A stretch of DNA of 64,000 nucleotides from the human T2T-CHM13v2.0 reference genome, Homo sapiens: assembly GCF_009914755.1 (NCBI RefSeq), contig NC_060944.1; one strand, given 5' to 3'. The position numbers were made by a program, and so were the translations under genes. Below, piece after piece: positions 1-22,637 of the stretch (position 1 is the first letter of the stretch; each line of letters begins with the position of its first letter). The notes under the pieces are model-generated. The model was not told where the DNA came from. It worked only from the letters and a program-made list of their open reading frames with translations, and made no database searches.

Positions 1-1
1 G

Positions 2-253
<252 letters not shown>

Positions 254-1806
254 TTAGACCCATGTGGAAAATTCCAGGTTGCCTGGCTCAAGTGGGTCAG
301 GGAGGCTCCTGAGCGGGCAGGGCTGGCCTGAGTCATCCCCAGCATTAACGGCAGGGCCTGGCACCCCGGCAAGAAAAACATAATGGACTCTGGCACCGGA
401 TGGTCCTGGTTCAAATCCCAGTTCTACTGTTTAAGCTGAGACTCGCCTCTGAGCCTCCAAATCGGAGTTTTGCAAGGCTGCATGACCTCCAGGAGCAGAG
501 CATGCAGGCCTGGCTCCGCTGTGGGCCCACCTGGTGTTTACCTGCTGGCATTTCCTCCTGCAACACACCCTCAGCCTCAGCCAGGAAGCTGAGTTGAAGT
601 GAAGATGGCTGGATCGGGCATTGGCACAGTAGGGTTTGCTGTGCCTCCTCAGGAGACCCCTCCCCTTCTGGCCTCAGCTACCTGCCTCTGCAATGTGGAG
701 TTTGCTGATCTCCAGGGGTCCTGGCAGCTGGCTTGTTGCTGCTAGGAGCATCTCTCTACAGGTGGCCTTCCATGCAAACCTACATCTGGGACCACTGTCC
801 TTCCTCAGAGGTCTTTGTCCCTGGGGTCCCAATCTCTAGAACCCCAAGACTGGTCCACGCCCTGGGTAAGAACAGACAGAGGTCTGCCTATACCCTTAAA
901 GACCCTTTCTGCTCCAAGATTCTTGGATTCCATGACTCAGATTCTGTAATTCTAATATTTGGGGTTTCTTGGATTTGCAGGTCTGAGCCTTTGGTCCTGC
1001 TTCCCTCAAATCCTCCATCCTCTTTCCAGTTTCTAGGTCCCAAGGTAGAAAATCCAGCTTCCTGGCAAGCTTTCTGTCAAGCTCTTCTGTCCTCACTGTC
1101 CTTCTTCTGGGCTGGGAGAGTGGGTGTAAGCAGGCCAGTGAGGACAGGCAGGCCAGCGTGGATACGAGGCTGTAGGACCCACCTCAAATGTCAAGATCCC
1201 AAGGTGGTAGTTCTCCTACAGGGGTCTGAAGCCCCTGCCTCAGAACCGTCTGGTTTCCTTACTAAAAATTGAAATCCCAGGTCCCAGTCTAGGCTGGTTC
1301 AATCTGCATTTTATCAACTTGCCCAGCCATTCTTCTAGAACTGTGGCTCTAAGGGAACCAGCAGGAGGTTAGAGGCAGGAAGGCAGGGCCGAAATCCTGG
1401 GAATTAGACCAGGTCAAGCTCTTTCTCCAAGCCTCAGGGTTTCCCCTTATAAACGGGAACCTCAGTGGCTATCTGCTCCTCCTCATGGACTGATGACAAT
1501 GATGGTCAACACTTAGGCTGGACCTGCCACGTGCCAGGCACCGCTCCAAGAGCTTTATAGAATCAGCTCATATCATGCTTCCAGCAGTCCTAGGAGGTGG
1601 AATGTTACACTCCCATTTTCCGATAAATATCCCTGAGGCACAGAGAACTGAAGTGACTTGTCTTACACACAGCTGACAGGTGGCAGAGCTGGGATTTGGA
1701 CCAGGGTGCTCCCCAAACATGTTCTTAACCACTACATGTACAGCCCAGTAGGTGCGTTTGGAATTCTGGGTTCTGAAATGAAGTGTTCCCCCACTAGGAT
1801 TCCCTA

Positions 1807-2370
<564 letters not shown>

Positions 2371-2761
2371 TCAGGCTGCAGAACAACAATCATGACAGTG
2401 ATAACAGAATACAGATCACCTGTTATTATTAATGGATAATGAATAAATAAACATAACTAACAAGGTGGCAATAATGACTGCTCATACTGACTGCCCACTG
2501 AGCACGGGCACTGTGCATGGATAAGCCCCTGTGCCTCCTAACAGGGCTGCACAGTGGACACCATCATCCCCCATTTTAGAGGGAACTGAGGTATCAGAAT
2601 GCTTCGTCCCTTACCTGAGGGTCACAGGGAGAATGTGGCAAAGCCAGACTCCACCTGGTGCTTTCTGACTTGGAAGCTACACCTTTTATCACCCCACAGC
2701 AGTGGCAACCACAAACATGTTCAGAGGAGGAGCTAGCTGGAGACTGAGCAGTGGAGCCGCC

Positions 2762-2945
2762 CACCTAAGAGGAGAGCCCCCACCTAAGGGGAGAATCCCC
2801 CACCTAAGGGGAGAGCCCCCACCTAAGGGGAGAATCCCCCACCTAAGGGGAGAGCCCCCACCTAAGGGGAGAATCCCCCACCTAAGGGGAGAGCCCCCAC
2901 CTAAGGGGAGAATCCCCCACCTAAGGGGAGAGCCCCCACCTATGG
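2762..2945. repeat. Minisatellite in SLC52A3 intron 2: nine alternating 19/20-bp units (39-bp higher-order period)
   Basis: cacctaaggggagagcccc / cacctaaggggagaatcccc units start at 2762, 2781, 2801, 2820, 2840, 2859, 2879, 2898, 2918; partial unit at 2937. Confidence 0.97.
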
Positions 2946-2974
2946 AAGAACACTGCTCCACCCATCGTCTAGGA

Positions 2975-4231
<1,257 letters not shown>

Positions 4232-4343
4232 CTGGCAGAGAAGGACACCAGGTGAGTAATTCCAGCTTCACCACCTAGCAAGATGCTGGGACCTGGGGCC
4301 CAGAGTTTTCTCTTATTACTCCCCTTCCTGTGAACAAGCTGGC

Positions 4344-4656
<313 letters not shown>

Positions 4657-4834
4657 TAGCAGAAAACAAGAGAAGCCTTTCCTAACCGTGATTCATGAAA
4701 GAAAAGTTCAATCCAACACACAAAAGCAAACAAAGCAGCTTCTGCAAAAGATACCAACAGCAAGGTCAAAAGTTAAATGAAAACACGGGGAAAACATTTG
4801 CCACATAAATCACAGACAAAGGGCTCATCTTCCT

Positions 4835-5202
4835 TGTCAGGCCTCTGAGCCCAAGCCTGCGCGTGTACATCCAGATGGCCTGAAGTAACTGAAGAATCAC
4901 AAAAGAAGTGAAAATGGCAGGTTCCTGCCTTAACTGATGATATTACCTTGTGAAATTCCTTCTCCTGGCTCAGAAGCTCCCCCACTGAGCACCTTGTGAC
5001 CCCCACCCCTGCCCGCCAGGGAACAACCCCCTTTGACTGTAATTTTCCACTACCTACCCAAATCCTATAAAACTGCCCCACCCCTATCTCCCTTCGCTGA
5101 CTCTCTTTTCGGACTCAGCCCGCCTGCACCCAGGTGAAATAAACAGCCTTGTTGCTCACACAAAGCCTGTTTGATGGTCTCTTCACATGGACGCGCGTGA
5201 CA
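4835..5202 (+). mobile_element. HERV-H solo LTR (LTR7B-like) in SLC52A3 intron 1, antisense to the gene
   Basis: TGTCAGGCCTCTGAGCCCAAG...GCGCGTGACA; TATAAA near 5066; AATAAA near 5138; perfect 5-bp TSD TTCCT (4830-4834 and 5203-5207). Confidence 0.92.
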
Positions 5203-5755
5203 TTCCTAATATATAAAGAGTTTTTAAAAATCAAGAACAAAGAGACCCCATATAGAAGAGGGCCAAGGATATGAACAATTCAGAGAAAAAGGTACAAATA
5301 AGCTTTAAACACATGAAAATATTATCACCTTCATTCACAATAGGAAAACTACTCCAGGTGCCATTTCTCACCATGAGATTGTCCCAAAGCCTGACAAAAT
5401 GACTCATGTTCAAGGTTATTATAGATTGCGATCTTGTTGGTAATAGTAGCAAGTTATGGGAAATTTTCTCCTGGGTGGCTACCAACAGAGAGGGGGCTAA
5501 TTAAAGGGACCTGCTGGAATACCACATACCTGTTTAAAGGAATAAGAAATAAGGAAAGCAGATCTTGGTGACTGATAAGGAAAGGTCTCCAGGCTATAAT
5601 GATAATCTTGAAACAAAATCAAGGCAGGTAAATGGAACCAGGAAAAAGTGTACTGCCTTTTGGTCATAGAAGAGGAGGAAAAACATGTTTTCTTTGCTTG
5701 TACTTGCACAAAGCAACCCTTGAAGGACACACAGGGACTGCAGGGATGTTGGTGA

Positions 5756-6065
<310 letters not shown>

Positions 6066-6706
6066 TGCCTCTGTATATCTTTTAATAAGAGTTTTGATTT
6101 GTGAACCATGTAAACATATTACCTGATGCAAATATATGGTTACCTGAAATAAGATTTCAATCTGGCTTTTTTTCCTCCTGAAATTATATCACTCTCTACG
6201 TGGCCTTTGGAGACCACTTCCTCTAGCCCTCCAGAGCCATTCTGCCATCTGTTTACCCCTTTGTCAGCTACCAGTGGCAGCCCACCTGTGCTGTTACTAA
6301 CAACTTTCTTCTATCTATCCTTAGTCTGAGCAGTAATATGGGAGATGCCAGGAGTGAGGCTCTGGAGCCAGCTGTCTGAGTTTGACCCTGGCTCTGCTGC
6401 TTACAATCTGGGTGACCCTGGGCAAGTGGCTTTGCCTCTCTCTGCCTCATCTCCTCATCTGTAAGTAGGGGATAGTGATAGTATGAACTCCGTGGTTTGT
6501 TGTGAGATATAAGGATGCTGGTGAGTTTATGCTGTTTCCAACAGTCCCAGCATAGGGTAAGCACCTCTAAGGGTTACTGATCATTATCGTGAAATGGCAG
6601 GTTTGGTGACATCGTTATTTTTGTCTAATTCACATGAGAATTAATACATGACTATGAAAATTTAAAAAAGGAAAAGATTCCCCTACTAGGTATCAAGTGA
6701 ACTCAC

Positions 6707-6995
6707 CAGTGGTATATGCACCTTTTTGTAGAGACACGCCAACTGGGCCAATCTTCACGTTTTGTAGATGGGAGACGAGGTCCGAAGGGGCAGAGGGGCT
6801 CTCCTGGGATCTGGACTGGATCCTCTGCAGCAAGCGGCCTGTCCGGGACTCCTCAGTTCACGCTGCAGTCTTTAACTCCATACTTCTTCCTTCTAGTACA
6901 AAGCAGGAGTGTCCGTTGTGGCCACGCCTCACCCAGGAAACTCCTGAATCCTGGCAGCTCCTCCCCACGGTTCCCACACACGGAATTCCCTCACA
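6707..6995 (-). other. SLC52A3: Proximal non-coding exon 1 of SLC52A3 (5' boundary approximate)
   Basis: CTG|GTGAGT donor at 6706-6701 in unique sequence, at the distance from the ATG recalled for this gene; the TSS cannot be read from sequence. Confidence 0.75.
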
Positions 6996-8024
6996 GGGCT
7001 GGGACTTCCTTCCTCATACCTTCACTGAGCGAACCCAATGCTCAGTGGCCTTTCTGGTCACCTCCTTTTCCTCTCTGGGAGGAGCCACTCCTGGGGTGTA
7101 ACGCAGTCAGATCCCCTAGCAGTCCCGCTCTGCCCCCTCCCTTCTGGGGGCCTCAGACTCCATTCCCTCCCTTAGGAAGCTGACTTGACTAATAGCACAG
7201 GTGAGGCCCACTCCAGGCGTGCCAAGAGGACCCAAGGAGGGAGGGGAAGCTCCCAGACAGCAGTGGCACACCTTTGCCTGTGCTGTCCTCCCAGCCTGGA
7301 GCACCAGCCCCCTCTGCTGTCCACATCCAAGCTTTCTACAAGACTCCGTCCTCCAGGAGACCTCTGGCTGCCTCACCTTCTCAGGCGTCCTCACCAGGGC
7401 CCATGACCCCTTCATTTCAGGTTGTTCTTGTGTGGGTGCATGCAGGCACATACCTTGAGACTGAAGCTTTTTGAGGGCAGGGGCTGCTTGGGAATCTGAC
7501 ATTTTGAAGGTGGAAGGGCCTTTCTCAATGACTTAGCTTAGGATTTGTAAATTGTTAACTCACTGGCCACTGCCAGACAGCAGATATATTACTTTGGTTT
7601 GCCCAGTGTGTTTAACAATTTGTTACTGTAATCAGCAGTGGAGGGGATGGCAAGCAACCTTCAGCATTTCTGGCTTCTCAGGAATATTTTGGAAGAAGTG
7701 GCCCCCCACTTTGGCCTCTTTCTCTGTTCTAGACTCGGGCCATCTTGGAGCTCTCCCCTGCGGTAACATCTGGAACCAGTTGCCTGGGTTCAAATCCCAG
7801 CTTCAACCCTTACAAGCTGAGCAAGTGACCTAACCTCCTGTGCTTCAGAGTCTTCTCTTGCAAAACAGCTATAGGCTGTCAGTACCAACATCAGAACTGT
7901 TGCTAGGAACATGCACTAAAGTGCTAAAACTGTGCCTGCCACATAGTGAGGGCTCAATGAACCATCATTATAAGATTACTATTTCAGCAAACGTATCAGT
8001 TGCATTCAAAAACATGTAGTTATT

Positions 8025-8357
<333 letters not shown>

Positions 8358-8461
8358 TCAACTAAAGGACTACATTTCCCAGCCTTCTTTGTAGCTGCAC
8401 ATGGCCATGTCATCAAGCACAGGCCAATGAATTCAAATGCGACTTTGAGTAGTCTCCTTAG

Positions 8462-9262
<801 letters not shown>

Positions 9263-9547
9263 TTAACAATAAGGGAGTGTGCCCTTCTGCTCTTCCTCCA
9301 TTTGGCTGTCTGGAATCAGATGTGATGGCCAGAACTCCAGCAACGATTTTGTGCTATGAGGCATGTGGTGGGGGTTAGATGCATACTAGGCTCCTTTGGG
9401 ATTTTGTGGCAGAGAGCACCCATACCAGCCCTGTTTTGCCTGTGTTGAACTGTTTTGTTTGTTTGTTTAATGTTGTTGTTAAATTGTAAAAGAAACTTCT
9501 ATGTTGTTTAAGTCACTCTTATTTTATGTACAACAAAAGTACTCAGA

Positions 9548-9868
<321 letters not shown>

Positions 9869-12800
9869 TACTCCATACTAAGTGCACAGAGATACACATT
9901 CCAGGATATATATTGAAAGATTATAGTAACCAAAAACTAATGAATACATTTATCTCCTTTACCACCTACTTTCTGACTCTGAAACTTAGGTCCTGTCCCA
10001 ACCAGGATTTGATCAAAAATCAAAATTTAACAAAAGTAGTTGTTTAGACCCTTGGGGGCAAATGTCTTGCAGAGATATGAAAAAAAAAAAAAAAGGAGAA
10101 GAGAGAAAGAGGGAGGAACAGAGGAACACAGAGCCCTCCATATAGCATTTGGTACCAAAAGTATAAATTGAGACCAAGAGTCATTTCATATATCAAAACT
10201 CTAATTCATAAAGGAGTCAAAATTGTAGTGACTATCTGTATTCTGAATATTTCCTGAAATAGCCTCAGACATTCCAGGAGAAATGGACAGAAGCACAGTC
10301 CAGCAGTACAGGCCTGACTCACCCTTCCAGGTCAAGACAGCAGACGAAGGTGCAAAATAAACAAGGATATAGCAAAAGCAATAAATGATATACCTAGGAA
10401 AGAGGGCTAAGTCAGTAGTTAAGGGGAGTAGGCGAATTTGCAGATGATGGTGACCTTTGCCATATGAAAAGCTATTAAACTAATGAGAGTGTCCAGTTAA
10501 ACATTTACAAACATCAGTAGCTTTCCCACAGAGGGCTGGATGGGGAGATGAGGGCAGACAGGGCAGAAGTAGCCTCACTTTCTTGTATGTTCGACAACTC
10601 CTAAGCTCTGAACGCCTAAATCCCTGCTCCCCACAAAGACGAATTCTCTGGTTTTGACCCAGGTGCTACCACGGCTGTGTCACTTGAGGGATGGGATTTG
10701 GCTCCGGGGGTCTGTTTCCTTGTCTGGAAACCAGGCACAGTGGGGGTGTGTCCCCACGTGACCCATCTGCCCTATGGCCCTGGCCCACTCCCAAATTATC
10801 TCCTTCCTCAAAAGTGAGGTGTGCTTTTGGACCTCGGGGACACAGTGAGGAACAGTCATTAATGTCAATGAAGGGGATGTCTTAGGCAGAGGGAACTACA
10901 TGTGCAAAAAGGCCCCAGAGAAAAGGAGAGACTCAGAATGGCTGGTGTTCGGAATGTGTTGGGATACTTTTAAAAGATGCATATCTGTATTTTCTGTTTT
11001 TTTTTTGTTGTTGTTGTTGTTTGTTTGTTTATTTTACAGTGACCTTGCAGTTCTTATTTATTCATTTTAACCAGTATTTCTTGGGCACCAACTGTGTGCT
11101 CAACCACAATCCCTGCTCTCAGGAAGGTGGAGGAAGCATTCACGAAGCAGAATAAAAAACAGAAACATAGAGCAGGTCAGATGGTGGCAAGGACTCCGGA
11201 GGAAAGCAAAGCTCCTGAATGGGGAATGTGCAGCTGTCAAGGAGAGGACACGAAGGGAGTGTGGGAGTGAGCTGTCTGCAGAAAGCACGGTCCAGGGGAG
11301 AAAACAGCAAGTGAAAAGGCCCTGGGGTGCGGCCACACCTGCTCTGTCCCAGAAGTGGATTTTGCTGTTCAAAGGACAGCTAGGAGGCCAGTGTGGCCGC
11401 AGCAGCGGGAGCCAGGTTGGAGGGGAGGAGACAGGGCAGGTCCCCTGTGGCCCTGTGGTGACAGCTTGGGTGTTTTCTCTAGAGCAAAAAGCTCCGTGAG
11501 TGGGCAGAAGAGACCAGCTCTAATCTAGTTTTTAACAGGATCGTGCTGGCTGTTGTGAGGAGAAACATGAGGCGCCAGGGAGGAAGCAGGAGTAAACCTT
11601 CGGAGGGTTAGGAAGCTGTAGCAAAAGAGCTAACAATCACCATGACAACAGTGACAACCATAGCTGCCACTCCTCAGCTATTTATTGTGCCAGACCCTGT
11701 GCTAAGCTCTTTGAACACATTACCTGTCAAATCTTGTTCCACAATCCTGAGGCTGGCATTATGATTATCTCCATTTTACAGATGAGGAAACTGAGGTTTA
11801 AAAGGGAAATAAATTTGCCTAGGGTCATACAGCTGGGAGCTGAGCTTTACATCCAGGCATGCTTGACTGTGGACCCAGCCCTGAGAAAGGCCTCAGGGTG
11901 AAGGGGTTCTGAAGGGGCCATGGGGGTCAAGCTGAGCAGGATCTCTTTCTGCTCACAGATGGCCTCCCAAGACTTGGGCCAGAGAAAGAGAGAAATGGGG
12001 TACAGGCTCAGGAGAAGCTGAGAGAGGCTCTGAGACATATCTGCTTCCCAAGGATCCAGGACCCCTTATGTGATCACCAGAGACCAGAAACCTAAGGCTT
12101 CGCATGAGACAGTTAAGATGCCCCATAATGGGTGGGCGACAGATGGAGAAGCTAGAAGGATCAGTTCCAGGCAAAGGTTTCTCTTTTGCATTCTTGCATC
12201 AAAAGCTGTGAGCCCCCAGCCCAAGAAAGTGAAGAGAATTGGGAGTGGGGTTCTGACCAGGGCCAGTGCACCGTCATTGTGTGGGCTGGGCCATCTCCTC
12301 CAGGGAGCTCAGGCAGCTTCCATCCCACCCAATGTCCCCCGCCCCCCTCCACATTCTCCTGCCCTCTGTTTTCCTCCATCAAAGTATTACTGACACCAGC
12401 TCAGTTACGGGAGTTTATCTGTGTCTATCTGTTGAGCGCTGGTCTCTCCCATTGGAGTGTAATCTCCATGTGAGCGGGGGCTTGTCCTCTCCCCCAGTGC
12501 CCAGGTGACCATCTGGCTTGCCACGGGCTGGGCCACCTGAGCTCCTGGCACCATGGCTGGGTTCTCGCTCTGCAGGGATAATCTGCCAGCTGGTAGGCAC
12601 CTAGCCCTGTGGGCCAGACTGGAGGAAACCCGCCTCAGCTATGAGGGTTGTGTTGGCCAGGGTGACCCCTGGGGCAGTGCCAGGTGGCAGCCTGACACTG
12701 GATACATCTCACTCCTGGGCAAGGGTCTGAGCCAATTCTTTCCTGGGTTCCAGGCTCCTGGAGAACTTAGTGAGGCCTGTAGGCGTCTACTTAGGGCCTG

Positions 12801-13676
12801 GCCTCACCCTCATGAGAGTGGGTAGGAATGGACTGACTTTGAGCCCATGAAGAAGGGAGGCTGAGAGGTCAAAACCACAAAACCCACAGGGAGAGATGGG
12901 GGAGATGAAGGGGAGTGAGAGAGAAGAGACTGAGACAAAGAGACAGAAAGAACCGAAAGCTAGAAGCAGAAATGGGGAGAAAGGACAACAGAGGCACAGA
13001 GACAGGGAAAAATGAGAAGCTGCGGCTGAGAGGGAGGCAGGGAGGTGCCAGGAGGCAGGAGGCAGCTGGGGCGCTGGGAGCCTGGCCTCAGCCACCCTCA
13101 CTGTTCACAGCCACATGTAGCAGAAGGCCATCTCTACCTCTTGTTGCTGGGACCTCAGAGTTCCCCTGAAACTCATCCCAACTCAATGTCCCTATTGCAC
13201 AGGTGGGGAAACCAAGGCCCAGAGAGGAGATAGTGCTTCCCCGAACCCTGCCCCACCCCTGATCTCAGGCTGTGGCAGACATTCAGGCCTGTGCTCACCG
13301 GCTGTGCAACCTCAGGTCAGCTGCTCACCCTCTCTAGGCCTTGGTTTCTCCATCTGTGAAAGGGTCTGGGAATGCCCAGCCTTTCTGGGCTCAGCAGACC
13401 AGGAAAAAGGGAATGAGATAACAGGCGCTCAGCCTGGCCAGTAGAAGCGGACAGTGAGTTCTCTTCCCCCTTCTCCTCCCTCCCAAGGCCAGGAAGGGCT
13501 TCAGGCCTCCCATGGGGCTGACCTTGGTGGAGCAGCCTCCCCCAGGCCAGTTCCCCTCCCCTCCACGTCCATCCCAACTCCCAGCCTCCTTCCCAGGCTC
13601 CTGCGGCTTCAGCCTGGTCAAGTTGTTCCGAGATAGCATGGAGATGGCCCTGGGTAAAGTCAGTGGGGGCCCAGTC

Positions 13677-13976
13677 TTTTTTTTTTTTTAAGACAGGATG
13701 TCGCTCTGTCACCCAGGCTGAAGTGCTGTGGCATGATCTGAGCTCACTGCAGCCTCAACCTTCCTGGCTCATGCGATTCTCCCACCTCAGCCTCTGAGTA
13801 GCTGGGACTATTAACCCATGCCACCACATCCGACCTGGGTAATTTTTGTATTTTTTGTACAGATGGAGTTTCGCCACGTTGCCCAGGCTGGTCTTGAACT
13901 CCCTGAGCTCAAGCGATTCACCTGCCTCAGCCTCCGGAAGTGCTGGGATTACAGGCGTGAGCCATGACACCCAGCA
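13677..13976 (-). mobile_element. Alu (J-type)
   Basis: Antisense, diverged, AluJ-like diagnostics. Confidence 0.88.
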
Positions 13977-14017
13977 TGGGCCCAGCCTTTTGGTCTGGAG
14001 GCACCAGGGGTCTGGAA

Positions 14018-14180
14018 TTCACCTGGATGGCTCAGCCTGTCCCGACTCCAACATGCCAGCTGAGGAGGAAACCTTTCTTCCCTCCTGTCCCTTTGATCTT
14101 TCACCTGGATGGCTCAGCCTGTCCTGACTCCACATGCCAGCTGAGGAGGAAACCTTTCTTCCCTCCTATCTCTTTGGACT
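14018..14180. repeat. Tandem duplication, ~82-bp unit x2
   Basis: ttcacctggatggctcagcctgtcc...gaggaggaaacctttcttccctcct begins at 14018 and 14100. Confidence 0.95.
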
Positions 14181-14351
14181 CTCCCGACATGGCAGCCTGA
14201 AACTAGGGGAAAGGCCACGGGACACCTGCTGGCTCCAGATAAGTGCCCCTGCCATATCCTGGTCAGTGTCCCGTGCTCCTAGCTAGCAGGCAGCCTTGGT
14301 AGCTGCAGCTGCACCCTCACAGGCCTGAGCCGCCCCGCTTTGCCCACTTAC

Positions 14352-14430
14352 CTGCTGGTCCAGTTCCCCAGCCGCTCTGCATGGGAGGGGCCAGAGGCAG
14401 CTCGTTTTGTATAAAGCTGTCCCCGCCCAG
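14352..14430 (-). promoter_or_regulatory. SLC52A3: Probable distal promoter and short alternative first exon of SLC52A3
   Basis: On the minus strand: GC box GGGCGGGG (14421-14428), TATA-like TTTATACAAAA (14405-14415), then a consensus donor CAG|GTAAGT (exon end 14352). Confidence 0.65.
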
Positions 14431-15009
14431 AGCTCGGGGAAAGGCAGGCGGAGGGTGGGTGTGGCTCCCGGCAAGACCAGGCGCCTACTATGTGTCTCTG
14501 ATCTGCCCTACAGCCCAGCTAGGAGGAGGATCCAGATGGTAGAACTGTATAATAAAGGGCTTGCTTTATTGAGGCTCTCTGCCACCCAGATTTCATGAGG
14601 GTTGATCCCCAGTTGACAAAAGCTATGTGCAAACAGTTGGTTCTGGCATCACCCTGAGATCTCCATAATTCCTTTCACACAGGAAGAGAGTTCCCTGGAG
14701 CAAAAACAGTTCAAATACTGGTGCTTCAGTAAGTCATGTGGAAAGCGGGGATAATAATAGTGCCCTCTTCATAGGACAGAAATCCTAACTGCCAGTGTGC
14801 ACTGAGCTGACTCAGTGTCAGGCATGTTCTTGGGGCTTGAGAGAAATTAATGCATTTAATCTTCATGGCCTTTTGGAGAGATGCTATTACTATCCCTATT
14901 TTCCAGATGAAGAAACAGGCCCAGAGAAGTCGAGAGCCTTGTGTAGGTCACACACCTTGTATATGGCAGAACTGGTCTCTGATGCACACTGAGCTACCCT
15001 GACAAATAC

Positions 15010-15866
<857 letters not shown>

Positions 15867-16169
15867 AAGTGGTTGCTCACAGTGCTACGGCCTGTAAGTG
15901 CAGGGCCAGGATGTGAATGCAGACTCAAATTGGTGCCTCCATGGATGTAAAACATATTGCACAGATTCTGACACCTAGTAAATGCTCAGTGCATATTGAC
16001 TTCTACAAATAATTCTGGCCTGCCTGTTGTGTTATTTTCCAAGACATTCATTTACTTAACAAGCAATCAATCACTCTCCAGGCTAATGCTTGGGGCGAGA
16101 GGTGAGCAGGCACTAGGGAAGGGGCCAGACCCCTCGCTTAGCAGGCAGGTGTTCAGGAAGTGTTGCCAC

Positions 16170-17005
<836 letters not shown>

Positions 17006-17279
17006 GTACCAAATACTTTGGATCTGTTAAAAAAAAATTGCAGGACTCTAAATTTATGATGCCAAGGGAGAAGTTAAGCCTTGCAGAGTGTGAGTTATGT
17101 GGCTTGCAGGATGGCCACTTTCTTCTTCTTTTTTTTTTTTTTTGAGACGGAGTCTCACTCTGTCGCCCAGGCTGGAGTGCAGCGGCCAGGCTGGTCTCGA
17201 ACTCCTGACCTCAGGTGATCTGCCTGCCTTGGTCTCCCAAAGTGCTGGGATTACAGGCATGAGCCACTGTGCCTGGCCG

Positions 17280-22150
<4,871 letters not shown>

Positions 22151-22630
22151 TTGACAGAGCAGGAGCATTGCCATCTTGGACAAGCACTGCCATTCTAAAG
22201 TTCCCCTTGATCAAAAACCACCTAAATCCAAAGAGCATCAGCCTAATGGCTAAGGTCAGCATGACCATAAACCACAAATGACATCTCTGACCAGAAACAT
22301 TCCAACCATAAGTTAAAGCCCTCCCCGACCAGAGACATGCCAGCCCCAAGATAACCTCCCCTCCAGGTGGAGAGATGTCAGCCCCAAGATACCGTCCCTT
22401 CCAACCAGAGACATTCCAACCCTCAATAGACTTCTCCCCTACACAGGAACATTCCAAGCCTGTGATAAGCTCTCTTACCCAGAAACCAGTAAATACCCTT
22501 AGTATGTAAGAGAGAGCATTCCTGACTGAAATTGGACAGAGGCCCCTCTCAGGTTTATTCTTCAAAATAAACCTGTCTTTGACTGTTGGGCCTCTTTTCA
22601 TGTTTCTTTCCTCTTTCTTGAACTCTTACA
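22151..22630 (+). mobile_element. MER61-type LTR (3' LTR of the preceding element)
   Basis: TGACAGAGCAGGAGCATTGCCATCTTGGACAAG start; AATAAA near 22566; ends ...CTCTTACA. Confidence 0.75.
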
Positions 22631-22637
22631 ACACCTT

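Noticed and set aside
22285-22460. p53 response element in the MER61 LTR
   Set aside because: Only isolated imperfect half-sites such as AGACATGCCA; no paired RRRCWWGYYY decamers.
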